DNA from: Chiloscyllium plagiosum
Lineage: Eukaryota
Direction: 5' to 3'
Length of the DNA: 59,520 nt
Assembly (NCBI RefSeq): GCF_004010195.1
Contig: NC_057759.1
Span: forward strand, 5,796,936 to 5,856,455
Each line of letters begins with the position of its first letter. Position 1 is the stretch's first letter. Of this stretch, positions 1 through 13,119 are shown piece by piece. The notes beneath the pieces were generated by a model, which saw nothing but the letters and a program-made list of their open reading frames with translations, did not search any database and had not been told where the DNA came from. The position numbers and the translations under genes are program-made.

Positions 1-747
1 GCCTGATTTGGTGGTGCAGGCAGAGACCAGAAATTCTTTTCAAGAAACGTTCACTGGAACTGTGCCTCAAGTGCTGTAAATTGCAAGGCGAATGGCTGTG
101 GCAGGAAAATGGGATGAGAAAGGGCATCTAGGTGTCTTTGGGTTGGCATGTACAAGGTGGGCTGAATGATCCCCTCTGTCCTGTAGTATTTTTATGATTC
201 TCTAGTTATCAATCAGACACTACCATATACCGAACGGTACAGTTTGATAACTAGGCTCACACATTCACCAAGCAGGAACTGACAGGTATAGATCAATAAC
301 TAAATTCACGTATCCACATACCCACTTGCATCAGGTAGTCCCATTCATGGAGCTGAATGGGTGTTGTTTAGTTCCTGGATCTCACTCCACAGGTATTAGA
401 ATTTTAAGAAAAAAAACAGACAAGGAATAGCTTAAGGCAGGAGTGGAATCAGACCCGTGGTTTGGTTTAAGTTGCAGGCTTTAAATAAAAAATCCTAATA
501 ATGATTAACTGAATGTTACATTGATGTTGCCAATCACAACTTATGTTGATTTACAGAATGTTTCTCTTCTATTTTCCTGCATAAAAAATACCTAAAGGAC
601 CAAGACAATGTAATATTCCCTCAGTACAAAGCTCAAGTGTGATCCTGCTTCTAAAAAAAAATCAGCAGGTATGTTACTGCTATAAGAGCAGAGAACATCC
701 TTTCCACAGTCACAGAGTGGATTGAGTCAGACACACATCGAGCTCCA

Positions 748-1247
748 NNNNNNNNNNNNNNNNNNNNNNNNNNNNNNNNNNNNNNNNNNNNNNNNNNNNN
801 NNNNNNNNNNNNNNNNNNNNNNNNNNNNNNNNNNNNNNNNNNNNNNNNNNNNNNNNNNNNNNNNNNNNNNNNNNNNNNNNNNNNNNNNNNNNNNNNNNNN
901 NNNNNNNNNNNNNNNNNNNNNNNNNNNNNNNNNNNNNNNNNNNNNNNNNNNNNNNNNNNNNNNNNNNNNNNNNNNNNNNNNNNNNNNNNNNNNNNNNNNN
1001 NNNNNNNNNNNNNNNNNNNNNNNNNNNNNNNNNNNNNNNNNNNNNNNNNNNNNNNNNNNNNNNNNNNNNNNNNNNNNNNNNNNNNNNNNNNNNNNNNNNN
1101 NNNNNNNNNNNNNNNNNNNNNNNNNNNNNNNNNNNNNNNNNNNNNNNNNNNNNNNNNNNNNNNNNNNNNNNNNNNNNNNNNNNNNNNNNNNNNNNNNNNN
1201 NNNNNNNNNNNNNNNNNNNNNNNNNNNNNNNNNNNNNNNNNNNNNNN
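748..1247. other. Assembly gap (500 N)
   Basis: Run of exactly 500 N; likely a fixed-size scaffolding gap. Confidence 0.99.
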
Positions 1248-1329
1248 CTGTCTCTGACTACTTCATGACCATGTCGATCATCATGAGTCAATAAAGCTAA
1301 AATGACTTTCCATCAAACTTCATGTCTGA

Positions 1330-1560
1330 AAGTGGAGACGCACATGTAAAGGGCAGTGAAGAAGGTTTTTGGTACACCGCCTTCATCAGCCAGGCCATCG
1401 AGTATAGAAATTACGAAGTTAGGTGCAATTATACAGGACGTTGTGCTCAGTTCTGCTCAACTTACTTGCGGAAGGCTGTTGTTAAACTGGGAAGAGTGTT
1501 GAAGTGATTTACCAGAATGTTGCCAAGACTCGAGGGTCTAAGTTACGAGGAGATGATGAA
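1330..1560 (+). mobile_element. CR1-clade LINE ORF2 fragment (decayed)
   Basis: Similar to the 3' ORF2 region of the cleaner CR1 copies here (AFISQAIEYR; tttaccagaatgttgcca). Confidence 0.6.
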
Positions 1561-2700
1561 ACTATGACTTCATGACTCTGCATGAACGGCTGTGATTCGC
1601 AATTACTCTCTATGGCCCTCTGATTCTCCATGACCTTCTATGTTTTTATCTTAATTCTGGGAGACGTTTCTATAATCTGTTTATTCGATGCAACAATGAC
1701 AGGTTCAGTCATTTTAACCTTGGGTTGCACGGTGGTTAGCATTGCTGCTTAAGAGTGTTTGATTCCAGTCTCGGGCGACTGTCTGCGTGGAATTTGCATA
1801 TTCTCCCCGTGTCTGGTTGGATATCCATTTGGTATTCCAGTTCCCTTCCGGAGTATGAAGGTGGATTAAATTGTGGATAAATTGTGCAAAACACTGTATG
1901 CCTCTACAACTTGTTGTATCTCTGTGCGTTTCTTTGACAGTATGGCTCCCTATGACTATAACTTTCTCCGAATGTCTATGAATCTAAGCTACTGTGATTA
2001 GGTATGTCAACTGTAACTCTTCGAATTTCTATGACTCTGTCCTTCTGCCTACGTGTACAACTCGGTGAGTATCTCTGTCATTCTATCATTCTTTATAATT
2101 CTCGATTGGTCACTATGAGTGTATCACTCTCAAAGTCTCGATGACCTCATTACTATCTATGCATCTTTATCAATCTCAATGACTCTGTGTCTCCACTGCA
2201 TTATCACTCTCTGTCTTTCAATACCCCTTCATTATTCAATAACTTTCTCTGAATCAATAACTCCCAACGTTTCCATAACTGTCCCAATTTATCACTCAGT
2301 GAGTGCCTCTTTGATACCTTGTCACTATGACTCTGTCATTCCTGACGAATCTCTATAGCCACATTTCTCCATGCCTCTCCAATACTCTCCATGGTACTCT
2401 CATGGTACTCATGCCTCTCCAATACTCTCATGGTACTCATGAATCTCTACATTTCTCTGCCACACCTTGGGACTAAATGACTTTCAACTACTCTCTTTGA
2501 CTCTTTGTGATTGCAAGCCCATGACTGCACGATTCGCTGGTACTTTGGCACTTTCTAACTCTCTCTGACTCATTACGAGGTTGTGCCTCTCTACGAGTCT
2601 CTAAAACTTTGTCTGCTTCTGAGCTTCCTGATGTTCAAGGGTTTTTATCAATTAAAACACGATGAACCTGTAACACTCTCTCAGTTCCTCTCTTTTCCAG

Positions 2701-3323
2701 TGTTATGGACCAGACCAGACACCCACAAGATATATCAAGGAGACAGCCTACACTCTCAGTGTTTTATTTTCTTGAAAGGCGAGTGAAATATGTGGTGTTC
2801 CAGATATGATTCGATTGGCCCACTGTTGGGCTTTCAGCAAAACAGAGTTATTCTTACAAACAGGTAAATTATGAACAAATGAAGACTTGTTATAAATTTA
2901 AATTGATTGAAATACTTAATAAGAATTATACTTAAGAATCAACACAGCAACATTCCATAAACACACCATTGCCAAAGGTTTTCGTCAACAAAATAGCCTT
3001 TCCTCAGTTGCTATCTCCTCGACAGTCCAGGAGTGAGGAACACTGAAAAAAAAACAATCCAGTGACGGGGAAAGAGAACTGCAACTATCGGCTGCAGTAC
3101 CCAACTGAAAGCAAAACCCAAACTCGGAGTCGATGTCAGCCTGACTTCACCCGCTCCCGCTTCTTTCATCTGAGGTAATTTGAAAAAAAAAACCAAAGAC
3201 TCAAGGAGCTTCAAGCTGGTTACCCACTGCTTCTGAAGCAGATATTCCGACACCAGAAACTACACCTCTCTGCAAGACAAATAGGGGAGAGCAAACCTCT
3301 CTTAAAGACACAGTCCCGTCATC
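2701..3323. mobile_element. LTR-like interspersed repeat
   Basis: Begins tgttatggaccagaccagac and abruptly interrupts the low-complexity matrix; a related start occurs at 13932 (tgttacagataagaccagacc). Confidence 0.35.
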
Positions 3324-4680
3324 ACGAGACAACTACAAGACACTCTATGACTATTGCATTCTTCACATCTTCCAATCTCTCTATCGATCTGGGTTTCCTG
3401 TGACCTGGTGAATCATAATGACCGTATCATGCTGTGATGTTTATCATGTCAATAAGGATAAAAATCACGATCACTTTCTATCTCTCTCCATGCCTCTATG
3501 CCTGTCTGTTAATCTCTTACTCCCTTGGATTCGATGAAATTCTACGACTCTCCTGCGTTATCACTCCACATCTCTTCTCCGTTCCCTAAACTGCCATGGC
3601 TCTCTATGAATCTCTGACTCTCCATGACACTCTATGACTATCTCTGAATCTATAACTCTCCTACTTTATCAGTCTATGATACGTCATAGCTCTCCAAACC
3701 TCTATGGTACACTGACTCATTGACATTCTCAGGCAATCATAATTCTGTGCCCTTCTCTGAATCGTAATGAGTCTTGAACTCCCTGTGAGTTCCTATGATT
3801 CGATGACACCAAGACTGTATGGTATTCCGTGACCCTATCAATTACTGTCCTTCTCTGAATCTCGGCGACTCTATGACTCTCTGAGACTCTTTATAATTCC
3901 CTATAAGTCTACATGGATCGCTCCGCCTCTTTCTCTCTCTGTGACTCGCTTTGACTTTCCACAAGTCGGTGAATTGGTGAATCTATGAATCTATAACTCT
4001 CTGACTCCTTCAGAATCTCTCAAACTCACTCGTTCAATCTCTATGATGACACGACTACAAGAAACTCAGTGGAACTCTCTGACTTGTATTCTTTGTATCT
4101 TGATGATTCTCCATGAACTTATATCACTGCGCAGTGACGTAATTATACGAAATGACTCAATAAATTCCTCTACGATTCAATGATGCTCGCTGACTATAAA
4201 AAACTCTGTCACTCTCTGTGACTCACCGTCGTTGCATGAACCTCTTTGTCTTTATGACTCTATCGTTCTCACCATCTCCCCCTGTTCGCCTCTAGTACAA
4301 CTCACAAACACAGCAACTGCTGGTGAACCTCAGTAGGTTTTGGCAGAATCCGTGGAGAAAGGAATGGCGTTAACGTGAGAGGTTATTCCCACAGACTTTG
4401 TTGCATGAACTGAATAGGTCTCGCAGCATCTGTGGCGAGGCAAACAGCATCAACACTTTCAAATCCAGAATGAATCTAAATGACCCTATAAAGAATACAG
4501 CGCACAGTGCTGGTCATCCTGCTGGAAGAATGACATTGGGAAACGTGAGAGACTGCAGAATATATTTATAAGGTCGTTGCCAGGACTGGAAGGGTTTGAG
4601 CTCCAAAGAGTGGCTGAACACTCTGGGACCTTTTCTTTCCCCGAGGGTCAGAAGCTGAGCGGTGACCTCATGGATGTTAG

Positions 4681-5580
4681 AGAGTCATAGAGTCATAGAG
4701 ATGTACAGCACGGAAACAGACCCTTTGGTCCAACCCGTCCATGCCAACCAGATATCCCAACACAACTCGTCCTACCTGCCAGCATCCGCTCCAAACCCTT
4801 CTTATTCATAAACCCATCCAAATGCCTTTTAAATGTTGCAATTGTACCAGCCTTCACAGCTTATTCTTGCAACTCATTCCATACACGTACCACCCTCTGT
4901 GTGAAAAGGTTGTCCCTTAGGTCTCTTTCATATTCTTTCCCCTCTCATCCTAAACCCATGCCTTCAAGTTCTGGACTCGCCGACCCCAGGAAAAAGACCT
5001 CGCCTATTTACCCTATCCATGCCCCTCATCATATTGTACACCTCTATAAGGTGATGCCTCAGCCTCCGACGCTCCAGGGAAAACAGCTCCAGCCTGTTCA
5101 GCCTCCAACCCTGGCAACATCCTTGTCAATCTTTCCTGAACCCTTTCAAGTTTGACAACGTCGTTCCGATAGGAAGGAGCCCATTCTGGCACGGTGGCAC
5201 AGTGGTTAGCACTGCTGCCTCACAGCGCATGAGACCCGGGTTCAATTCCCGCCTCAGGCGACTGACTGTGTGGAGTTTGCACATTCTTCCTGTGTCTGCG
5301 TGGGTTTCCTCCGGGTGCTCCCGTTTCCTCCCACAGTCCAAAAGATGTGCAGGGTCAGGTGAATTGACCATGCTAAATTGCCCGTAGTGTTAGGTAAGGG
5401 GTAAATGTAGGGGTATGGGTGGGTTGCGCTTCGGCGGGTCGGTGTGGACTTGTTGGGCCGAAGGGCCTGTTTCCACACTGTAAGTAATCTAATCTAATCT
5501 AAGAATTGCACGCAATATTCCAACAGTGGCCTAACCAATGTCCTGTACAGCCGCAACATGACCTCCCAACTCCTGCAATG
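4681..5580 (-). mobile_element. CR1-clade LINE 3' end with (CTATGACT)n tail, interrupted by a SINE
   Basis: agagtcatagagtcatagagatgtacagcacggaaacagaccc is the reverse complement of the tail at ~49690-49735; ORF2 remnant LRLYRTLVRPLLEYCVQF. Confidence 0.9.
5187..5501 (+). mobile_element. HE1-type tRNA-derived SINE, full length
   Basis: Pol III A box TGGCACAGTGG, B box GGTTCAATTCC, conserved core tgtggagtttgcacattc, (TAATC)n tail; many near-identical copies in the window. Confidence 0.92.
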
Positions 5581-5873
5581 AAAGGCATGTATATTGTGAA
5601 TATCCAAGGAACTTATCCGAGGGTGGTGACGTCTAAAACAGAAGGTCAGATGGGGATGTCTGTTTTGGGTGGCCATCTTGGACTGAAGTGTCTCTTTCCA
5701 TAGTGTCTGACTCAATGACTCTATAACCAGAATCGAATTGTTGAATCTGTTTCTCTATCCACAGGTGCCTTGAGGTGTTTTTGCAAACACAGACTTAATA
5801 TTTATTCGGAACGCGAGACAACATGGGACAAGAGCTGCTAAACAGTTAATTGTCAGCTTAGCATGGAAATCAC

Positions 5874-5982
5874 AAGGAGCACCAGCGACAGCGAGCAATG
5901 GACAGTGAATTCTTTGAATTGTAGCTGGAGTACTCTCGTGCTCGACTGTCAAAGTGTCGCTCTTGTCTGACATTCTCCTCAT
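5874..5982 (-). pseudogene. Degenerate orphan paralog of the GPCR exon 1
   Basis: MRRMSDKSDTLTVEHESTPATIQRIHCPLLAVAGAP aligns with TLDIETESTLVKFQRVYYPFLAAVGVP. Donor T|gtgatt sits at the homologous position. Flanks ~5815-6095 align with ~29520-29820. No exon 2 is visible in 1-5873. Confidence 0.75.
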
Positions 5983-8132
5983 CCATCTTAGTTGCAGGGA
6001 TGTTGCTCCCACTGATACCATGGGACAATGCAATGAAGTCCGAGGCTCATTTCGAGAAGGAGCAATCCCCAGTGTCACAGATTCGTGGAGACAAACGTTG
6101 AACGAACTTGAAAAGACAACTCATCATCAGTCCAACTGAATTGTAGAATGGTCTCTTCCCCCCCCCCCCCCCCCCCCCCCCACATCCCAGGCATCAGTTC
6201 TGTTCAGGCGTCTGGAAAGTAACAGTTCCGCTCAAGGCAAGGTTCTGGCATGTTCTGTTGAGGAATAGAGTCAAGCTACCCGTTACCTTTTGAGTTTATT
6301 CATCTCGAAACCCCAAAATTCGAGCTTCACTCACGATGACCCTGTGATGCTGACTCCATGTCTCTCGATGATTCTGTGAGGCTGTGATTGTTTATCTCCC
6401 CGTGATTCTGAATCCGTTACTGTAGGCCTGCTCTGAATTTGTAACTCTCCATGGCTCCACACTGCCTCAGGCTGCTAGTAGCCTTCTGTGGCCCCTCACG
6501 AATCTTTAACTGATAACGATCTCTATATCCTCAATGTATCTCTGATGACTCTGCGCCTCTAAAGCCTTTTATCTGCGTGAATCTATGACTTTTGCTGATT
6601 CTCAGCAATTCTGTGACTCCATCATTGTAGTGCTGAAAGACTCACCAATGACTCTCAATGATTTCATGATTCGATATGACTCTATAACATGCTTTCATTT
6701 TCCATTACTCACTCCCCCTCTCCGTGATCCTATGAGGCCCTGGTAATGATTTGATGAGGACCTAGTACAGTTTCACTCTCCATGACTGCACCGCTCTCTC
6801 AGACACTCTGTGGCATTCTCTGACTCTCTATGACTTAGAGTCATTGACTCCTACACCACTGAGACAAGCCCATCAGTGCAAACTGGTCCATGCCGATTAA
6901 AATAACACCTCTTCCCTGCACTTGGCGCACACGTTTCGAAAACATTCTTATCCGTGTGTTTATCTGCATGTTCTTTAAAATGCTGTTAACGTACTGACCT
7001 TAACCACGGCCATGGCAGCTCATTCCATATGTACAGGACCCTCTGTGTGAAAACGTTGTCTCTCAGGTTCCCTTTTATTCTGATGTCCCTCTCGATCTCC
7101 ATTCCCGAACCCTGGTTAAAAACAAAAAGACTGAGTGCGTTCACATTCTCCATGACCTGCATGACTTTAAGCACTTCGATAAGGTTCACCCTCAGTCTCC
7201 AATGCTTTCAAGAGAAATGCCGAAACTTGTCTAAACTCTCAATGTAGCTCAGGCCCTCAAGCTTTGGCAACAGCCTTGTATATTTCTCCTGCACTATTTC
7301 CAATTTGATATCATCCTTCCTACAGCAAGATGACTATGAAGTGAACACAATACTCCAAGTGCAGCCTCACCAACGTCCTCTATAACTGCAACATAACTTG
7401 TCAACTTCTTTACTCAATGCTCTGACTGATGAAGGACAGTATGCCCCTGTTTACCTGTCACTCCTCTTTCTGGGAACAGTGCACCTGAACTCCAAGTTCC
7501 CACTGTTCTACTACACTCCTGAAGGCCTTGCCATCCCCCACGAAACTCCCACCTTGATTTCACTTTCTGAAATGCAAGACCCCACACTCATTGATTTTAA
7601 ATATGCGCCATTTCTCAGCCCATTTCCCCAGCTGATCAAAGTCCTGCTCCAATTTCTGCTAGCCTTCCTGCCTGCCGATGGTAATGCCTATGTGAAAATC
7701 ATCTGCAAACTTACTTAACGTGCCTTGTAAATTCTCATTCAAATCGCTGATACAGTTGACAATAAGCAACGGGCCCAACACCTACCCCTGAAGCACTCCA
7801 CTCGTCTCCGGCCTCCAGTGCAACCGGCAACATCCCACTGCCTCCAAACATCAAGTTAGGTGTGAATCAAATTAGACAGCTCCCCCAGAATTCCATGCAA
7901 TCCAACTTCCCGGAGTCGAGTACCGTGTGGGATTTTATCGAATGCCTTGCTGAAATCCGTATAAAATATGTCTAACATCTCCCTTCATCAACTCTTCGGG
8001 TCACTTCACCAAAGAACTCCAACAAATTTGGGAGTCATGATCTCCCATGCCCAAAGCCATGCTGACTAACCCTAATCTAACCCTTTCTTTCCAAATGCAT
8101 GCATATCTTATCCCTGGGAATCATCTCAAGTA

Positions 8133-8619
8133 GCTGCAAATGTGTTGCTGGAAAAGTGCAGCAGGTCAGGCAGCATCCAAGGAACAGGAGAATCGACGTT
8201 TGGGGCGTAAGCCCTTCTTCAGGAATTCCTGAAGAAGGGCTTATGCCCGAAACGTCGATTCTCCTGTTCCTTGGATGCTGCCTGACCTCCTGCGCTTTTC
8301 CAGCAACACATTTTCAGCTCTGATCTCCAGAATCTGCAGCCCTCACTTTCTCCTCGAAGATTTTAACCTACTGCGAATCCTCTTGCCTTCCTTGAAAAAG
8401 CTCTCTTCCTCCCTCTACAAGGATCTCAGTGAGTCCCTCTCTCACTGCACACCCCAGGTCATCTCCTCTGCCCAGAAACTCTTCAGCCAATTCCTGAAGA
8501 CGGGCTTATGCCGGAAACGTCGATTCTCCTGCTCCTTGGATGTTGCCTGACCTGCTGCGCTTTTCCAGCAACACATTTTCAGCTCTGATCTCCAGCATCT
8601 GCAGCCCTCACTTTCTCCT
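8133..8619 (+). mobile_element. Penelope-like mini-element: one inverted and two tandem terminal repeats with hammerhead cores
   Basis: Spacerless palindrome 8132-8319 centred on GAATTC; direct repeat ~8226-8353 / ~8491-8618; imperfect TSD ggaatcatctcaagta (8117-8132) / ggaatcttctgaagta (8620-8635). Confidence 0.8.
8225..8260 (+). ncRNA. Minimal type I hammerhead ribozyme motif
   Basis: CTGAAGA (8229-8235), stem GGGC-TTAT-GCCC, GAAA (8249-8252), C-GTC cleavage triplet; matches the minimal hammerheads known from PLE termini. Confidence 0.75.
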
Positions 8620-9334
8620 GGAATCTTCTGAAGTAACCTACCTACCACAGATGTTCGGCTTACTGGTCTATAGCTCCCAGGTTTTTCTTTGCTGCCGTTC
8701 TTAAAAAAACATTTGCTCCTTTAAAATCTTCCAGGACCAAATTATGATGTAGGACATCAACAAGCAATCTCTTGTCTGGCCTCTGGCAGGGTTCGTAATA
8801 GGTTTGGTCAGGACGAGGAGATTTGCCTACCTTCATACATTCTAGTACGTCTGCTGTGATATGGACTGTACATAAGAAATCACCACTAATTTCCTCAAGT
8901 TATCAAGTCTTTCTCTGACGTACACACAAAGGGGTAAGGTTCATTATGGAGCTCCCCCATGCCCCGTCGTTCACACATGCGTGTCCACTTTGTTCAATGA
9001 GGGCTCCCACTCTTTCTCTCTGGTTATTCATTTCTTCCTTTAATGGATTGGAAGAATCTCTTGGAATTCTCAGCAAGGCGATCTGGTGCCACCTTTAGCC
9101 CTCCTGTTTTCCTTCTTCACACATAACAGGCCCATGACAATCCACAACCTCTGCACTCTGACTGAATGTCAATGACTCCGAGAATTCTGTGAACGTGACT
9201 CCATGTTTCCCTATATCTGATAGCTCTGTAAGATTCCATCATTATCCATCACTCTTTATCACTGGGACACTTAAAGACTCACTTAAGAGTCTCAATGACA
9301 TTATGACGCTGGATGACATTTATGAGTCTCTATG

Positions 9335-9640
9335 ATTAGATTAGATTACATTACATTACAGTGTGGAAACAGGCCCTTCAGCCCAACAAGTCCACACCGC
9401 CCCGTCGAAGCGCAACCCACCCATTCCCCTACAATTAGCCCTTACCTAACACCACGGGCAACTTAGCGTGGCCAATTCACCTGACCTGCACATCTTTGGA
9501 CTGTGGGAGGAAACCGGAGCACCCGGAGGAAACCCACGCAGACACGGGGAGAACGTGCAAACTCCACACAGTCAGTCGCCTGAGGCGGGAATTGAACCCG
9601 GGTCTCCGGCACAGTGCCACTGTGCCACCGTGCCGCCCAC
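9335..9640 (-). mobile_element. HE1-type SINE
   Basis: Reverse complement of the 5187-5501 family; short deletion in the tRNA-derived head. Confidence 0.9.
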
Positions 9641-9719
9641 AAATGCAGTATGCAGAGTCAGATTCTCTGACTCTGCATACCGCTCTGACTATCCACGACA
9701 CTGTGACACGTTATGCCTC

Positions 9720-12075
9720 GTTAGATGTTTCTGGAAGGACAGAGAACTTGGTAAAAGAGGGGGAGGTGTGGCATTGTTAGTCAAGAGCAGCATTACCGTG
9801 GCAGAAAGGACGTTTGAGGATTCGTCTACTGAGGTAATATGGACTGAGGTTAGAAACGCAAAAGGAGAGGTCACCCTGTTGGGGGTTTTCTACAGGCCTC
9901 CGAATAGTTCCAGCGATGTAGGGGAAATGATAGAAAAGATAATTATGCATAGGAGCGAGAGTGACAGAATAATTGTGACGGGGGGTCTTTAACTTTCCAA
10001 ATATCGATTGGAAATACTACAGTTCGAGTACTTTCCATACGTCAGTTTTTGACAATGTGTGCAGAATGGTTTCCTGTCGCAGAAGGCAGACAGGCCAACA
10101 AGGAGAAAGAGGCATTGGATTTGGTACTGGGTAATGAACAATTCGGTTATGTTTATTTCAGTGATGGAAAGGGATAAATCTTGCCACTCCAGTGGGCAAG
10201 ATTTACAGCTGCGGAAAGGCAATTGCAATGCGACTAGGCAGGACTGAGGATGCATAGGATGGGGAAGGAAACTGCAGGGAATGGGCACAATTGAAATATG
10301 AAGCTTATTCAAGGACCAGCTACTTCGGATCCTTGATACGCATCTACCATTCAGGCTGGGAGGAATCTGTCGAGTCAGGGAGATATGGTTTACTCAGGAA
10401 GTTGAATCTCTTGTCAAGCAGAAGTAGGCGGACTATGTTCGGATGAGCCGTGAAGAGTCAGTTCGGGCACTTGAGAATTACAAACTAGCCAGGTAAGACC
10501 TAAAGACAGAACCAAGAGGAGTCAGGAGGGGACATGAGAAGTCGTTGGCAGATTGGATCAAGGAAACCTCTAAAGCTTTCTATCGGCATATCAGGAATAA
10601 AACAATGACTGGAGAAAGAGTAGGGCCAATCAAGGACAGTAGTGGGAGGTCATGCGTGGAGTCCAAGGAGATGGGGAAGCGCAAAATGAATATTTTTCAT
10701 CAGTATTCACACTGTAAAAAGACAATGTTGTTAAGGAGAATACTGAGATAAAGGCGACTGGACTAGATGGAATTGAGGTTCACAAGGAAGAGGTGTCAGA
10801 AATTCTGGAACGTGTGAAAATAGATAAATATCTTGGGCCAGATGGGATTTACCTTGGATTCTCTGGGAAGTTAGGGAGGTGATTGCATAGCCTTTGGCTT
10901 TGATCTTTATGTCATCAAATTTTACAGGAATAGTGCCAGAAGACTGGGGGATAGCAAATGTTGTTCCCTTGTTCAAGAAGGGGAGTAGTGACAACCCTGG
11001 GAATTATAGACACGTGGATGGGATTGAGGGTGATTTAGCGATTTGGATCAGAAATTGGCTAGCTGAAAGAAGACAGAGGATGGTGGTTGATGGGAAAATG
11101 TTCATCCTGAAGTTCAGTTACTAGTGGTTTACCGCAAGGATCTGTTTTGGGTCCACTGCTGCTTGTCATTTTTATAAACGACTTGAATGTGGGCGGAGAA
11201 GGATGGGTTAGTAAATTTGTTCGGTGGAGTTGTGGATAGTGCTGAAGAATGTTGCAGGTTACAGAGGGACAAAGATAATCTACAGCACTGTGCTGAGAGG
11301 TGGCAAATGGAGGTTAATATGAAAAGGTGTGAGGTTATTCACTTTGGAAGGAGTGACAGGAATGTAGACCACTGGGTGACTGGTAAGATTCTTGGTAGTG
11401 TAGATGAAAAGAGAGATCTCGGTATCCATGTACATAGATCCCTCAAATTTGTCACCCAGGTTGATAGGGCTGTTAAAAAGGCATGCGGCGTGTTAGCTTT
11501 TATTGGTAGCAGGATTGAGTTTCGGAATCATGAGGTCATGCTGCAGCCCTACAAAACTCTGGTGCACCATCACTTGGAATATTGCATAAAGTCCTAGTCA
11601 CCACATTATAGGAAGGATGTGAAAGCTTTGAAAAAAGGTTCAGAGCAGATTTGCTAAGATGTTGTCTGGTATGGGAGGAAGGTCTGACGACAAAAGGCTG
11701 AGGGACTTGCGGCTGCTTTTGTTAGAGATAAGAAGGTTGAATGATAAGATAATCAAAGGGTTGTGTGAGGTGGACAGTGAGACCCTTTTTCCTCAGACGG
11801 AGACGGCTAGCACTACGAAATGTAACTATAAATTCAGGAGTAATAGATATAGGACAGATGTCAGAAGTAGTTTCCTTACTCAGAGAGTAGTAGTGGTGTG
11901 CAATGCCCTGCCAGCAACATTAGTAGACTTTAAGGACATTTAAATGGTCATAGGATAAACCTATGGATGAAAATGGAATAGTGTACGTTAGATGGATATC
12001 AGATTGTTTCCACAGGTCGGCACATCATCGAGGACCGAAGGACCTGTCCTACGCTGTAATGTTCTATGTCCTATA
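9720..12075 (+). mobile_element. CR1-clade LINE ORF2 (APE endonuclease to 3' end), frameshifted and internally deleted
   Basis: GGGVALLVK...LGVFYRPPNS (APE), VPEDWGIANVVPLFKKG, WQMEVNMKRCEVIHFG, FLTQRVV, and a gttctatg-type tail. Confidence 0.9.
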
Positions 12076-13119
12076 TTCCTATTCCTCTCTATGGATCTAT
12101 GGGACTTGCAAAAACTGCGGCACTCTCTGACAATCTTTGACTTCATAGCTAGCTCTCTGACTCTACCGCAAAGACGTGCAGCTGAGGTGGATTAGCCATG
12201 CCAATTTATCTGTGGTGTCCAAGGGCACGCAGGCTAGGTGGATTGGGAATGGCAAATGTGGTGTTGCACGGACCCTCTGACGAACATTGTTGAACATTGT
12301 ATAATATTTTAACACTCTCCATGCATTTGTATCACTCTACAATCTCAGTGACTCTCTGACTATCCGTGACTCATCTACTCTCTCTCAGTCCAACACTCCC
12401 AATTACTTTGCATGATGCTCTATGGCATGGTGAATTTCTGTGACCCTCTAAGTCTCTGTCACTGTCTATGATTATCTGAATTTCTATGATACTCTATGCC
12501 AGCTTATTATTTGCTAACTCTCTGTCTTTCGAAGACTCCAATGATTCTGTATGACTGCCTAAGGCTCTTAATGTCTCTCTATGATTCTCAATGAGTGGAT
12601 GGCTTTTCTTACTTATTTTGAATCTGTAAGTTTCGATAACTTTATGATTGTCTAACAGATCAATGACACTCTGACTCTCTCCATCTTTCTGAATCTCAAT
12701 GATTCTATACTCTATGTCACTCTATTTTTATATGGAATGCTCTGAGTCTTTATGACTGGATGACACAACATGCCGATCAGTGGTTCTCGACTACTCGCTG
12801 CGTCTATCTGGTTCTGTATGATACTCCGTGACTTACCTCTGAAAGATGGTTGTGACTGCTGGAAGTCAGATTTCTCAGCTCTCTGCAGGTGTTATGCAGG
12901 TCATTTTCTTTTTCTTTCCCAACATCAGATCAACACTACGCCAACACAAATATTTATTTTCATTCAGAATGACTTGAAGGGAGCGGGTGATAAGTAGAGT
13001 CGTAGTGTGATTTTGTTACACATGTCGATAGAGTTACATTTAAAACAAACTCAATAGGGCCTGAAGATATTTCTCGATGTTTCTGACTGATAGTCTGAAA
13101 GGAATCTGCTGCTTGTATT

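Larger units (their letters stand above)
6835..9120 (-). mobile_element. Decayed CR1-clade LINE with a PLE insertion at 8133-8619
   Basis: ORF2 remnant (NLIEVLKVM...VFTQRVLYIWNELP) and RT-region DNA homologous to the other CR1 copies. Confidence 0.8.
1900..12850 (+). repeat. Degenerate (CTATGACT)n-like low-complexity matrix, interrupted by transposons
   Basis: Recurrent ctctatgactct / tgactct / gattctat words at ~1900-2620, 3330-4260, 6340-6840, 9150-9335 and 12080-12850, all in the same orientation. Confidence 0.65.

Noticed and set aside
710..1294. ORFs of ~190 aa spanning the first gap
   Set aside because: Almost entirely N.
5187..5260. tRNA-like sequence with A and B boxes
   Set aside because: It is the head of a multi-copy SINE and continues into the SINE core and tail; not a tRNA gene.
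6158..6182. Poly-C run upstream of the orphan exon
   Set aside because: A simple homopolymer with no counterpart upstream of the intact paralog; no evidence of function.
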